Shown: in pieces, positions 45,151 to 58,300 of the stretch
Numbering within the stretch: the first letter of the stretch is position 1
Layout: each line of letters starts with the position of its first letter
DNA from: Sphyrna mokarran
Taxonomy: Eukaryota
NCBI GenBank assembly: GCA_024679065.1
Contig: JAGIQG010000001.1
Span: 87,482,001 to 87,546,000, forward strand
Direction of reading: 5' to 3'
Length of the DNA stretch: 64,000 nt
The notes under the pieces: generated by a model
The model's input: the letters and a program-made list of their open reading frames with translations, nothing else
What the model was told of the DNA's origin: nothing
Database searches by the model: none
Translations under genes and position numbers: made by a program

Positions 45151-45469
45151 CCTTCTACCACCTTAAAGATAGGAGGTAAGAGTGGAAGAAACTGCTAGTC
45201 AGCCATGTTTGATGTGCAAGGCACCCCTCAAAGTATAAGCCTCTGGTGACAGATTAGTGACCTTATTCCAGGAATCATTAGCTTTGAAAACAGACAAAAG
45301 TATGCCTTACTAGGCCTCTAGGTGTGGGAATTGAATTGGAATGAAATAGGTTCCATAGGTAATATGGCCATTCTCCCTCATTTAGTCTATAAAGTGAGAT
45401 TTGCAGTCTTGCATCACGCAGTACCACAGCTACTTCACATTCCATCCATTCTGCCGGCTCAGGTAGAGA

Positions 45470-45740
45470 CAACTTCCAAGAAGATCATGCATATTGACAC
45501 AGGCTCTTTAAACTATGCTTAACCCTCTCTCCATTCACATTGTCTGTATGTGTAAAGGCTTGATTACCTTGTAAAGATTCGTATTCCAACCCATTATCTT
45601 GTAATTGAATCTGTGTCTATATTTGCCCTGTTTGTGAACCCAACTCTCCACTCACGCGATGAAGGAGCAGTGCTCCGAAAGCTGATGCTACCAATTAAAC
45701 TTGTTAGACTTTAACCTGGTGCTGTGAGACTTCTTACTAT
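45470..45740 (+). mobile_element. Penelope-like 3' end with hammerhead-like motif
   Basis: gatgaaggagcagtgctccgaaagc followed by the shared terminus. Confidence 0.65.
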
Positions 45741-46606
45741 TCTCATCTTGGCAGTGATTAGCTAACTAGCCCATTTTAGTAAAGCTAGGCACCAGTTGCT
45801 AATCATAGAACTGCACCCATCTCGAACCCTTTAGGAAAGGAAGGAAAATGGATTTTAAAATGATTAAATGAGGTGTCAAAAAGATATGAATATAAAACAG
45901 AATGATAAAATACTTATTACACTGAACATTTAATAATATAATAAATTATGTTACTTCACATTGAGAAATACGTCAGCCTTAAAACAGAGTCCATTTTAAA
46001 AAAATGACATTACTGAAATATCTATGTAGAAATACACATATATGTAGAAATATTCCCATTGAATGAAGCATTCAAAATAATAAAATAATTTCTCTTTAAC
46101 TTCGCCCACAAAGGAAAATATACTAATATGTGTTTCTTATTGGCATTTGACATCAAAGATCTGTAAAAAAAAAACTAAATGTTCTCTGAAGTAAAGTGAG
46201 TGAGTTCAGATGACAACCAGCTTTGCAAGTGAATCTCACAACTACCTTCAGCAGTTTCAACTGCTAAACTGGATAGATTAGATGATCATTGCTTGTTGTC
46301 TAATCACATCATGTTGCTATAATGTTTGCTTCATATGAATATAACTGCTGTTCATGTCCTGTCCACTTCAGAAACAAAACAAAACTGTAATCTACCAACT
46401 GACATTGATAACACACATCCTTTAACTGTTAATGTGGTCTTTTCTTTATGGAAATATGTTATAATGATGTCATTTCCCTTTTCGTGCATTGGAAATCTAG
46501 TAATGAAAAATGGTATCTAAACTAAATGTACAGGCCACACATACAATGATATGAATTGGAGCATCAAGCCTTTTGGCAGTCTTTTGTGAAGTTGTAGGTA
46601 TTTGAC

Positions 46607-46932
46607 TCAGTATGGTTTTCTTTGCTTTCTCTTGTGTATGAAAATAATTGAAGCGAGAAGTACAGTGGTGAGCAGAAGACAGAATCCAAAGAATATAAAT
46701 ATTTTTTCCTCTTTTATAAGTTGACACATGGGGCAGTGTCTTGGTCTGTCCTCCTTGGGGCATTGTTTTCTTGACATTCCCAAAGGAAAACCATTGGCAC
46801 TGATTAGTTTATTGTAAAACTCGACCGAAGTCTTTGGTTCAGACACATCAAGCAATCTCAATGGCAGTTCATTTGTGTCCTTTAATTTCAAAGCATAGTA
46901 TCCTCTGACATTGACTTTGTCTAGTAGATGTG
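46607..46932 (-). CDS. KLB: KLB last exon with TM helix ([22 protein letters not shown]) and tail HKRKQRKPY*
   Basis: CCACAG acceptor at 46934-46933, phase 1; VRGYYA motif; hydrophobic helix; TGA stop. Confidence 0.9.
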
Positions 46933-49900
46933 CTGTGGACAAAAATGAATATTTATTTCTTAAAATGTAAATCACATTCTCACATTTTAATATTACTTTT
47001 CTCTCCAACCCAAACATTATTCCCTGATAGAATAGGTGCTGCAACCTTCTAGTAATGCCAGTCTGTAACCAGACTTTACAGAATTTGCAAAAGTAGCACT
47101 GAGTTGACTTGCCTTCATTTTTCTTTCAACCTTCACCTTCAGACAGGAGAACTCCCATTGTCCTCACTTCCTGCCAAAGGTCAACCAAGACTTGGCAATC
47201 AATGTAAGAGGAAGATATCAATAATGTTCATTTAAATTTCAGTTTCTGCTACCTTTAAAGTTTGTTGGTAAATACCCTGCTTTGTGATACTGAGGCATGG
47301 AGAGCAGGAAAATCCCAGTTTGACTCCTAAGTCAGCATTGGGTTTACTGATCCCAGCAAGACATGTGGTTTTGTTAGAATCAGTCTCAATGTCCCCGAGT
47401 TAGAGTAAGAAAGTCAATCCCTGTTGTCCAATGACTAATACTGGAAAGAAGTGTTAGTGTCAACTTCGGCTGAGGGCATTACTGGATTTGGTAGTGCTGG
47501 TCTTTACAGTGGATTTGCAGTCTGGTAATCATTGTTCTGAAAACAGTGACCCACACGAGAATACAATTCTACCTGTTGTCCATAGCATACTACAATCTAG
47601 CCCAAATTCTCACTTTTCCTTTAAGAAAGTCAAGCCAATATTTTACTATGGAAGAAGGGGAAATTACTTCTGAGCCCACTTCTTCATTTAATCTCCTGTA
47701 AGAATTGTTTCCTGCAAAAATTAATTGCTAACAATCCCTCTTCTGGTTATTAACTCATCATAGAGTAAGGATGGGCTGTGAGATCAACCTGCTCATGGTT
47801 CATTGCCAGACCATAAGTTACTGAGAAACATTCATTTTGCAATTCTGGAAAATTTTTTCTTTGAAAGTTAATTTGAAGAGTAAATCAAAATCTATTTTAA
47901 ACACCAACTGCACAAATAATTGTTTACATTTAATCAACCACACTGAAACCAAATCTGGAGCAGAACTATTAAACCAAACTTCCTCCATCATCTGAATGAT
48001 TTTGCAAAATTATTTTTCCAGTGTTCTTCCCTTTCCTCCCCTCCTCAGTTCCTTCTGTGTATTGTTCTGCAAATGATCACTATCCTCAGCAGTCAGTTAT
48101 GTTCAAATTTTGTTTTATATCCCTCTGCAGATTAAATATACATTTTGCATTAGACAGATAATACCAAGAACACCATATGGGTGGTATGAAAGAACAGCTA
48201 TGGAAAAGTCTCTACCCTTACTGGAAACATTTGAGAAAGTCATACGCCCTAACTAACAGAAGCACGGTTAAACTGGTATCAGAGATTTTCTAGATATCAA
48301 ACCTTGTTGGGCTTTGCGGTGAAAGTGAGCCATGAACAGGTCAGTATAATGTGGTATGTGTTGGGAGGATGTACAGATGACATCTTGGTGCAATAGTCAC
48401 TTAGATACAGATGGATGGAAAGCATAGACTAGTTTAATTTTCAACCCATGAACTGACAGAGACAGAACAGAGAATTGCAGTCATAAATAAAGAAGCATGA
48501 GCTTGGGCTTGAGAGAAGCTCACAGATTACATTTTTGTCTCCACTTCAAGAGAGTATCACACCACAAGCCTTTTGTTCTGAGAAATGAACAGAAAGGACT
48601 CCAAGAGTACAACAATTCAGACAGAGGATGAGAGGTTTGATGCGAAGATCGAGTATGTTTCAGGAAAGCAGGAGAAAACAACAGATTATTTGTCTCTTAT
48701 CCCAGTTGCAAGGTACCAAAAGTAATATACTCCTTGTTGAAGAGGTAAAAACCTTTGCATTGACAGCAACCACAACTCTACTTGCAACAATTAGTGACTG
48801 AATTAAGTAAAGCTTGACAACACCAATTTTAAATCCAACCGATTTATTTGATAGTAAATCCATGAGCTTTCAGCCTTTGTGGCCTTCGCCTGACGAAGGC
48901 CACAAAGGCCAAAAGCTCGTGGATTTACTATCAAATAAATTGGTTGGATTTAAAATTGGTGTTGTCAAACTTTACTGAGTTTACCCCAGTCCAATGCTGG
49001 CATCTCTACATCATGACTGAAAAATCAGAGATGCACAGAAATCTGACGAAGAGTGTGGTCAGGTCAGAGAGTACTGCATCAAACGAGAGCCAGCACTTGT
49101 GCCACAAAATCCCATTCTCATGAACAGAGAGGACACCATCTTGGTGGAGTTAATGATTTATTCATCTCTGATGAGAGATTGATCATTTGAGAATTCTGAC
49201 ACTCAACATAGGACAATAATCACACCAAAAACATTTTGGCATCATCACAAAATGTTGAGCCAGAGAAAAGTATTCTTTTTGTGATCACATCTCTCAAAAT
49301 CATTGGATTAGATGATGTCAAGTTGTATTACTTGTCCTATTCATTGTTAGGAGGCAAAACCAGCATTAATGTCATCTTCCTTCCCTTCAGAACCAAGGGA
49401 ATGTGTTAAGACGGGCATTTTCAAACAGGGATAAGATATTCTTGATCAGGGTAGACTATTCTTCCAGATGGATAACAGTCAAGCTACTGCAGGGTAATAC
49501 TTCTGAAGCAGTGGTTATATCTGTGAAGGAAACATTTGCAACACATGGAATCCTAGACCTTGTAATTTCTTGCCAATGAGTACGTTAAAAGAATTCACAG
49601 CCTCATATGGATTTGTCCATGCCATTGGCTCTCCAAGATACCTTCAATCCAATGGTAAAGTCAAAAGAGAGTACATACTGTGAAAACCTTACTAAAGAAG
49701 AATGATATCCAACTTGCACTTCTGAGCAAATGTTCAACTCTGTTCCAAAATGGTTTAGCTGCATGTGCACTTCTGCTGGGAAAGAGACTGACATCTTAAC
49801 TCCCTACTGTCTCCCACTCACACTCATATTGAATATACAAGTTGGTGGCTTGAACAAGTGAGGGAGAAAGATGTATAAATATGTAAAAGCAAAATAGTGC

Positions 49901-52900
49901 AAATGCTGGAACTCTAAATAAAAACAGAAGATGCTGGATAAACTCAGCTGGTCTGGTGACATCTCTGGAGAAAAACAGAATTAATACTTTGGAGCTAAAT
50001 TACTCTGCTACAGAATATCATTCCAGCCAAATGTGAAACTATGACAAACATCACAAGACATACAATGTATTACATCTCCAATCAGGAGACCAAGCTCATT
50101 AGGAACAAAAAGTTGAACAGATGTCACATCCATGGTCCTACCTTCATTCAAATGCAACACAGTACAGTGAAAGGGAACAGACTTGCACTGGCTGTCATAC
50201 AGAAGTAAACTCCTATCTCATGGAAGCGTTTATCTACACAATCCAGCTGACTGCCAAGCCAGATGACAACCTGACTGGTGAACTTCTCCTGTCTAGCAGC
50301 ATTTGAAGGGCCACATGTAGGACTCAAACCCCCCCAGGAAAGAACATCCATTCTGGTAAATTCGGGAAACAGATATAGTACTTGTCCTTTAAAGAAGAGA
50401 AGAAGGAAGAGGGCATGAAACATAGAAGATGTAGCAGAAGGAGGCCATTTGCCCTTTGAGCCTGCCCTGTCATTCATTACAATCATGGCTTTACATTCAT
50501 TACAATCACAATGAATGCCAATGGCATGGACAAATCCATATGAGGCTGTGAATTCTTTTAACGTACTCATTGGCTGATCATCCAACTCAATAGCCTAATC
50601 CTGCGTTTTCCCCATAACTTTTGATCTCATTTGCCCCATGTGCTATATCCAGCCGTCCCTTGAATACATTCAATGTTTTGTCATCAACTACTTCCTGTGA
50701 TAATGAATTCCATAGGCTTACCAATCTTAGGGTGAAGAAATGTCTTCTTACCTTTGTCCTAAACGGTCTTTCCGAAATCCTCAGACCTGTGATAGCTGAT
50801 TTTGGACTTCCTCACTATTGAGAATATCCTCCCTGTATCTACCCTGCCAAATGCTGCTAGAAGTTTATAAGTCTCTATGAGATCGCCTCTCATTCATCTG
50901 AACTCCAGTGAAAACAATCCTAACCTAGTCAATTTTTCCTCATAAATCAGTCCTGCCATCCCTGGAATTAGCCTGGTAAACCTTCGCTGCAGTCCCTTGA
51001 GAGCAAGAACATCCTTCCTCAGGAAAGGAGACCAAAACTGCACATAATATTCTTGGTGTGGCCTCACCAAGGTCCTGTATAATTGCAACAACACATCTTG
51101 CTCCTGTTCTCGAAACCTCTGACAATGAAGGCCATTTGCCTTCTTTAGTGCCTGCTGCACCTGCGTGCTTACCTTCGTGACTGGTACACAAAGACCTCCA
51201 GGGTCCTGCCACATACTCCCCTCTCCCAATTTACAGCCATTCAGATAGTAATCTACCTTCTTGTTTTTGCTTCCAAAGTGAATAACCTCATACTTATCAA
51301 AATTATACTGCATTTACCAATGATTAGCCCACTACCCAACCTGTTCAGATCATTCTGAAGGATCTTTGTATCCTCGCCACAGTTCACCGTCCACCCAGCT
51401 TGAGTATCATCTGCAAACTTTGAGATTTCATAGAACCCTACAGTGCAGAAAGAGGCTCTTCGGCCCATCGAGTCTGCACAAAACACAATCCCACCCAGGC
51501 CCTCCCCTCATATATTATATCCACTAATCCCTCTAACCTACACATCCCTAGACACGAAGGGGCAATTTCTTAGCATGGCCAATCAACCTAACCCGCACAT
51601 CTTTGGACTGTGGGAGGAAACTGGAGTACCCAGAGGAAACTCAAGCTATGAAGCAGCAGTGCTAACCACTGTGCTACCATGCCACCCTAAACATGTTACA
51701 TTTTGCCCCTCGTACAAACCATTAATATACATTGTAAATAGCTGGGGTTCCAATACCTGTGGCATCCCACCAGTTACTGCCTGTCAATTTGAAAAGCACC
51801 CATTAATTCCAACCCTTTGTTTCGTCTCAATACACTTGCCCCAATCCTACGCACAATAATCTCTTTGCAGGACTTAGTCAAATGCTTTCTGAAAGTCCAA
51901 ATTTACCACATTGACTGGTCCCTCCCTTGTCAACTCTACTGGTTTCATTTTCAAAGAGCTCCAACAGATTTGTCAAGCATGATTTCCCCTATATAAATCC
52001 ATGCTGACTCTCTCTGATCCTGCTTTCTAAATGCTCCACAATAAAATCCTTGATAATGGACTCGAGAATTTTCCCCACTACTGATGTTAAGCTTATTGGT
52101 TTAACATTCCCTGATATCTCTCTACCTCCTTTTCTGAGTGACATTTGCTACCCTCCAATCTGCAGTGACTATAGAATCTTGGAAAATGACCACCAATGCA
52201 TCCACTTTTCTACAGCCATTTCCTTAAGTTCTCTGGGATGTAAATTATCATAGATCATAAATCATAGGACCTTACAGTGCAGAAAGAGGCCCTCCACACA
52301 GATAGTGACCTGAGCCATGAATCAAACCCAGGTCCCTGGAGCTGTAAAGTAGTGGTGCTAACCACTGTGCTACCATGCCAGTCTATGTATATAAATACTA
52401 ACACTCACCTTTCAAAACCTCATTAATATAATTTTTATGATAATATATTCGAAGTTCATCACTGACAGTAGAACTGTCCCAAATTCCATTTGCCATGATA
52501 TAAATGTCCATATTTCCATAGTGAAATTTGATCCATTGTAGGACTTTACGTATCCCCCATGGTACGACTGCCATCTCAGGATGAGCTTGGCGGTAAGAGG
52601 GAAAAGGGAAGAAGGAATTAGAAGGGGATGGGAATGTCAGCAATGTTACATCTCTCAGCAAACTTCCATCATGATCCATTTCATACTTGGTCTGATTTTT
52701 GGGTTTGTGTAAGATAAGTCTTGTGGTAAAATGACTGATAGCAAAAAAGTCAGCAGTTCCCTTAATCATCTGTTTTTCTTCCTCAGTGAAGTATGGTAAG
52801 AAGGAATTGGAGAGATGTTTTTCGTTCTTAGAGAGGATATATTCCCTCATTTTATGTGGATAATCTCCAGTTTTGAAAATGGCATCTGCAAACCAGGCTA

Positions 52901-55900
52901 TTTGGAATTGCAGGAGCCTTTCAGCTGCTTTCTGGTGAGATTCCAAGAAAGGATTTGCTCGTTCTGCCCAGTCAGCTCGCAATGTCAGAGACACAAGACC
53001 ATGGTACTTACTTCTGTAGTCTCTATTATAGGTATGCCAGACTAGGGCATGAGCAAAGATCATGTTGTGTGCTGCCCTGTAGATGTCAGTGTTTCTCTGA
53101 ACGTTTATGTTTGGTTCATTCATAGTCAGCCATAATTTGACCAAATCACCAAATTCTTGAAAGCATAATTTTGCATATTCATTGAAAGCAACGGCAGTCT
53201 GCCGATTGAGCCACCCTCCTGCATTCAGCAGTTGTGTGGGTAAGTCAATATCGTCAGATGTTGGGTGGTACAAAATGACGGTGCTGGAAATATTCAGTTT
53301 TAACAGTTCGCTGATGATACATCGGTAGTAACTTAGAATGCTTCTGTTTACACTGGACAGATTAGCCTGGGGTAGAATCTTGGCCCACCTGAAGGCAAAG
53401 CTGTAGTGAGTCACATTCATCTTCCTCACCAATGCTACTTGTTGCTTGAAGTTGCTGAAATCAGTGCACTTAAGTGGACGAGGCAACATAGTCACTCCTT
53501 TGACTTTGTATAGTTTCTGATCTCCACTGCAGTTCCAAATGTAAAGGTTGTTATCAACAAATTCAGGTGACAGAAACACATTGTTTACCTGAAACCAAAG
53601 AAAAAAGTGAAAAGGAGGCTTCTAGTTTTGGATATACTGCTCTAACATTGTAGCTAACAGATGTATAATCCTGATTTCAAAATGTCATTGGGAAGGATTC
53701 ATGCTGGCAATCTGAAATTGAAAATGACCATGTAATTCAGAGACAGATCTCTTACCGGCAGCACTGTTTCAGCAATTCCCCAGGCGAAGTTACATGCAAA
53801 CTGTCCATTCACCATCTGGGTGACCTCTGTCTTTGGAAAACCATTTTGTTTTATAATCTGTTTATAGAATGATGCAGAAGATTTTGCAATCCTGGACTTG
53901 TTCTTACTGCTGAAATCCACATAAAACAAGCCCCTTCTAATATTATAGTTAAACTGCCATTCAAAGCCATCCAACAGGGACCAGGCAGTGTATCCAAACA
54001 CGTTGACTCCATTAAAACGAATAGCTAACCGGAATGAAAAAAGAACAAATTAATGATCAAAAGGCATTAAAAGATATTTTTTAATGTACAAACTTTCTTC
54101 GTGTGTGGGAGGACAGTTTTCAATTTTCTTTTTCTATTTTTCACGCTGGTCACATGAAGGCATTGATTGGCTTCTGGAGTATAGGTTTGGAAAGTGCCAG
54201 GCACTCTTTGATGCCTTGTGCAAATGGTATTTATTTCTGTGCAATAGTGAGTGTTAGGAAGTTATTCAGGTAGTAGAAGCAGAGTTTTTGAATGTTTTTA
54301 AGACAGAGGTATCATAGAATCATAGAAACCCTACAGTGCAGAAAGAGGCCATTTGGCCCATCGAGCCTGCACCGACCACAATCCCATCCAGGCCCTACCC
54401 CCATAATCCTACATTTTATCTGCTAATCCCTATAATCTATGCATCTCAGAACACTAAGGGTCAACCTAACCTGCACATTTTTGGACTGTGGGAGGAAACC
54501 AGAGCACCCAGAGGAAACCCACGCAGACATAAGGAGAACATGCAAACTCCACACAGACACAGATAATGACCCAAGCCAGGAATCAAGCCCAAGTCCCTGG
54601 AGCTGCAAAGCAGCAGTGCTAACCACTGTGCTACTGTGCTGCTGGATAGATTCTTCATAAGCAAGGGGTAGAAGGTTATCGAGAGTAAACAGGGATATGA
54701 AGTTGAGGTTAAAATCACATCAACCACAATCTTATTGAATGATGGAGCAGGCTCAAAGTGACCTACTCCTGCCCCTAATTTGTATGTTTGTAAGAGTTAA
54801 TAAAACTGTACATGATACTGTCCTCATCCCAAACTTAAATACATGCAGTTGCAACAGAAGTTAATGTACTGGATTGGGACACTGACCAATTTTCATTCTC
54901 TACCGAGAGACATTGAAGCTAGCTCAAGGATCCTATCTACCAGCTGTGATATTCTCAGTCTATCCCCACACCTGTAATCAGTTAAGTCACTGAAGAGAAA
55001 TTGGGGATAATCACAACTTTTATTTTAGTCACCGCTTTTGGCTGAAAAATCCTCTTATCATGCTAATTTTAGGAGGTGCAACAAAGTCACAGAAGCTCCA
55101 AATTTCTGTTGTTCAGGAAAGCCTCGAACTTCCGTCTAATTCCTTTGCTGATTAGAACAATTTGTATTAAAATCTGAGTAAACAGTGTGTGGTCGAGGAA
55201 ACAGGGACTGAACATTAGATAGATTAGAAAGAGTGATAGTGAGAATTACAAATGTGCAATGGTGAAATTGTGAAATTGGTGAGAGTGAAAATGGGGAGTG
55301 GGTGATAGTGAATGATAGTGGAATTTGGTGACGGTGGGTGAATTACAGTAATGTATCTTCAACATTTCTCACAGTAACCATCCTTATTCCTCCCAGTGAT
55401 AATGCCAAATGTGATCCAGCTATATGGAGTAGGCCATTAGAAATTGGGTTAAATCTGCACAAACATATTTCACAAAAAATGCATATAGTGAAGAGCTATC
55501 CCCAGAAATGGAAAGATAATGCATTAATTCACTCATTACATTCTTCACTCCCACTTTTGCTCATTATATGATCCCAGAATATACTGTGAAGATGAATTTG
55601 TATAAAGGTCTGAGTAACATTTCAACCTATTTCCACAACAAAGTAGTGATGACCTTATTAAGCTTGTCACATCTGCACTGGATCAATTATTTCTTTATTT
55701 TATTCTACCATTACCAGTCCTTTTGCCTTTGACTCTATGATCTGTTGTCAATTAATCTCCCCGACCCTCTAACTCATCGCTGACCCCTTCTTTTTCTGCT
55801 ACTTCTCCTTCTCACAATAGCTTAAAACCCATCACACTCTTCTGTCTCTTCAGTTCTGAAGAGAATCATATTGGATTCAAAATATTAACCCTGTTAACAG

Positions 55901-56842
55901 TCCTGATGAGGTTTTCCAGCAGTTCCTGTTTTTAATTCAGTTCTTCAGCAACTGCAGGATTTTGCTTCTATTACAGTAATATACTTGAGCAGTATTTATA
56001 GTTATAATTTTGCTTTGATCGTAAATCAGAAGTAGTAAGGTCATGAAGCAGATGACTGTTCAAATAATGAAGCTGGATTAAGTAATAATTACTGTCTTAA
56101 TAATCATGTTAGAAGATTTGGGTTTTCATGTCAAACTTGTTAGGTATGGAGAGAAAAGCAAGATCAGGCTATTGAGTGGGTGATCAGCCATGATCATAAT
56201 GAATGACAGAACAGGGTCAAGAGGCTGAGTAGCCTACTCCTGCTTCTATTTTTAATTTTTCTAAGTTTAGAGGTGAAAATTACATGGTAATCTATGGATT
56301 TTTGGATATAGAGATGTTAACATTGAAATATTCTCACCTTTCAACAACTCATTTATGAATTTTTTCATAAGGTAAATGGCAATGGTGTCTTCTGTTTTAT
56401 CATTGCTATTAGAAAACCATCCATTCTCTGCAATCAAGATCCTGGGGTTGTTGTATTCCAGCTTAATCCAGGTCAGGACCTGCCCAAGATGCAGAGACAT
56501 GCGATTCCCAAGTTTGAGAATGTGTTGCAGTGATCGAAAGATATTTGGACCAAAAGAAAAGGCAAAGAAATCTGCAGTTCCATTGATGAAGCTCTTTTCC
56601 TTTTCAGTGAACACAGGTAAAGGAGGATTGATTTGTATTTTCAAGCTGTCAGGGTAGTCACCATCCACAAAGATTGGTTTGGCAAACCACCCAAGTACCA
56701 TGTCCATGGACGACTGGAAGTGCTTACAGTTGAAGCTGTTATTCTTTGGTTCAATCCAATGGGAGCCCAACACTATGGACACAAAACCTTTCTGCATGCT
56801 GCGAAATTGGATGTCATAAGTGTGCCAGACTGTTGCATGTGC
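46607..56842 (-). CDS. KLB: Beta-klotho (5'-partial): join complement 56338-56842, 53756-54024, 52409-53588, 46607-46932; exon 1 lies beyond 64000
   Basis: Four exons (505,269,1180,326 nt) splice in frame to 759 aa of tandem GH1-like domains, a TM helix and a short basic tail. KLB rather than KL is inferred from synteny with RPL9/LIAS. Confidence 0.92.
48806..48976. repeat. 83-bp-arm palindrome of Penelope-like termini, 5-nt loop
   Basis: Arms 48806-48888 and 48894-48976 are near-perfect reverse complements. Confidence 0.9.
50418..52250 (-). mobile_element. CR1 LINE fragment with nested SINE
   Basis: Minus-strand [28 protein letters not shown]; tail at about 50418. Confidence 0.88.
51428..51690 (-). 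mobile_element. tRNA-derived SINE nested in CR1
   Basis: gggtggcatggtagcacagtggttagcactgctgc head and ctgtagggttctatg tail. Confidence 0.8.
52409..53588 (-). CDS. KLB: KLB exon 4 (KL2 glycosidase-like domain)
   Basis: TTTCAG acceptor, GTGAGT donor, long ORF with TMNEP, AAHN, KGTADF and VVPWG. Confidence 0.95.
53756..54024 (-). CDS. KLB: KLB exon 3 ([23 protein letters not shown]...)
   Basis: GTTAG acceptor, GTAAG donor, 269 nt, [13 protein letters not shown] and RRGLFYVDF. Confidence 0.95.
54312..54640 (-). mobile_element. tRNA-derived V-SINE/HE1-like element nested in a CR1 3' remnant
   Basis: A and B boxes, tgtgtggagtttgcatgttctcc core and (ttctatga) tail. Confidence 0.82.
56338..56842 (-). 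CDS. KLB: KLB exon 2 (KL1 domain, AHATVWH...IAENGW...FINELLK)
   Basis: TTGCAG acceptor, GTGAG donor, 505 nt. Confidence 0.95.
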
Positions 56843-57809
56843 CTGCAAGAAGAAAACAATATAGCATTGAGCTTCTAATAGTAGCTTATGTGACCTGAGA
56901 TCCAAAGCTTCTTTTAAATGCATAGAGCTATGGGACTATGTTTTATGGTCTTCCACCAGGTGTGTTTTCAGTGAGGGAGCACAAAATGTATGTCAGGTGA
57001 CTAGCCCACCACCTTCTCGCCCCACCCTGACCTGTTTCCCAGAACATGAAAGTGAAGAGATGTGAGTCTGGCACTGATTAGGCTGCCCACCCCTAGGCCT
57101 ACTGAGGCCTTAAACTGCCCAATTAAGGGGCAATTAAGAACCTCATTGGCCTCCACTGCCATGTAACACTGGGCAGTGACAGGCTGACCAGGATGCAAAG
57201 GCCATTTTTGAAAATGGTTTTCTGGAAAGGTGGGAAGAAAGGAGAGGCTCATCAATGGAGAGAGTGCCCTGTTGCACACAACCACTCCCCCCGCCCCTAT
57301 CTTTTGTTCCTCCTCACTTGCCCTCCCTAGGTTTTCTGATTTCTTCCCCACCCGAATCCTAAAAGCCTGGGATTTACCAGTCTCTGGTAGTCATGATATT
57401 CTTCAAGGTGTCTCTTTAAAGTCCCAGCAGCAGCCATTAATGAACTCTGGCACTGCTGGGACTGCGAGTGCTGCTGGCCCATTAGGTTGGCCAGCAGTTC
57501 TCAAGGGTGCACTGAGACGGAGCAGCTCAACCCTCACCCTGTCTGTTTTATGTGTTATCACTGAGGGGCAAGTTTCTTAAAAGTGTTTCTGGTCTGGATG
57601 GACTTTCTTTCCAGGAGAACGATCAGTTCAGCTCATACACGGACACCTGCACACACACAGCGCAGCCCCCACTCCCACCCCACCGCCCTACCACACCCGG
57701 TCCACCCTTGAAATCCAACCCATGGTTATTCTTAGGGCAGTGTACAGTATCGTCACAAATAAATGCCACTATGCAAATATCCATCCTGAAAATTATAGTG
57801 GCAATCATA

Positions 57810-58300
57810 TGATTGTAGGAAGAATGTGAGAGTATGGAGAAGGTGCAGGAAAAAATTAGAAGAATAGTCCAAGGCTGAGGAGCTTCAGTTATGTTGATTA
57901 GAAAATATGAGCTGTTCTCCTCAGAGAAGCAAGAGTGAGAGGAGATTTGATGGATGTGTTCAAAATCACGGGGAGTGTGGACAGAATAGAAAGGGTGGGA
58001 GAATCTGTTCCCAGCTGTAGAAGGATCGAGAACCTGAGGGTACAGATTTAAGGTGATCAACAAAAGAAGCAACAGTGACATGAAGAAAAGTTTCTTCCCA
58101 CAGTGAGTGTTTGGGATCTGGAATGCGCTGCCTCAGAGTGTGGTGGAAGCAGACTCAATCATGGCTTTAGAAACAGAATTGCATAATTTGTCTAAAGAGG
58201 GAAAACATGCAGGGCTATAGGGAAAGCCAGGGGAGTGGCAGAAAGGCAATGCAGGGAGCACAAACCGTTCTCCTGAACTGTAATCATTTTAGGATTCTAC
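57810..58300 (+). mobile_element. CR1 LINE 3' fragment
   Basis: ggagaaggtgcag...gatttaaggtgatc...ggaatgcgctgcct. Confidence 0.75.
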
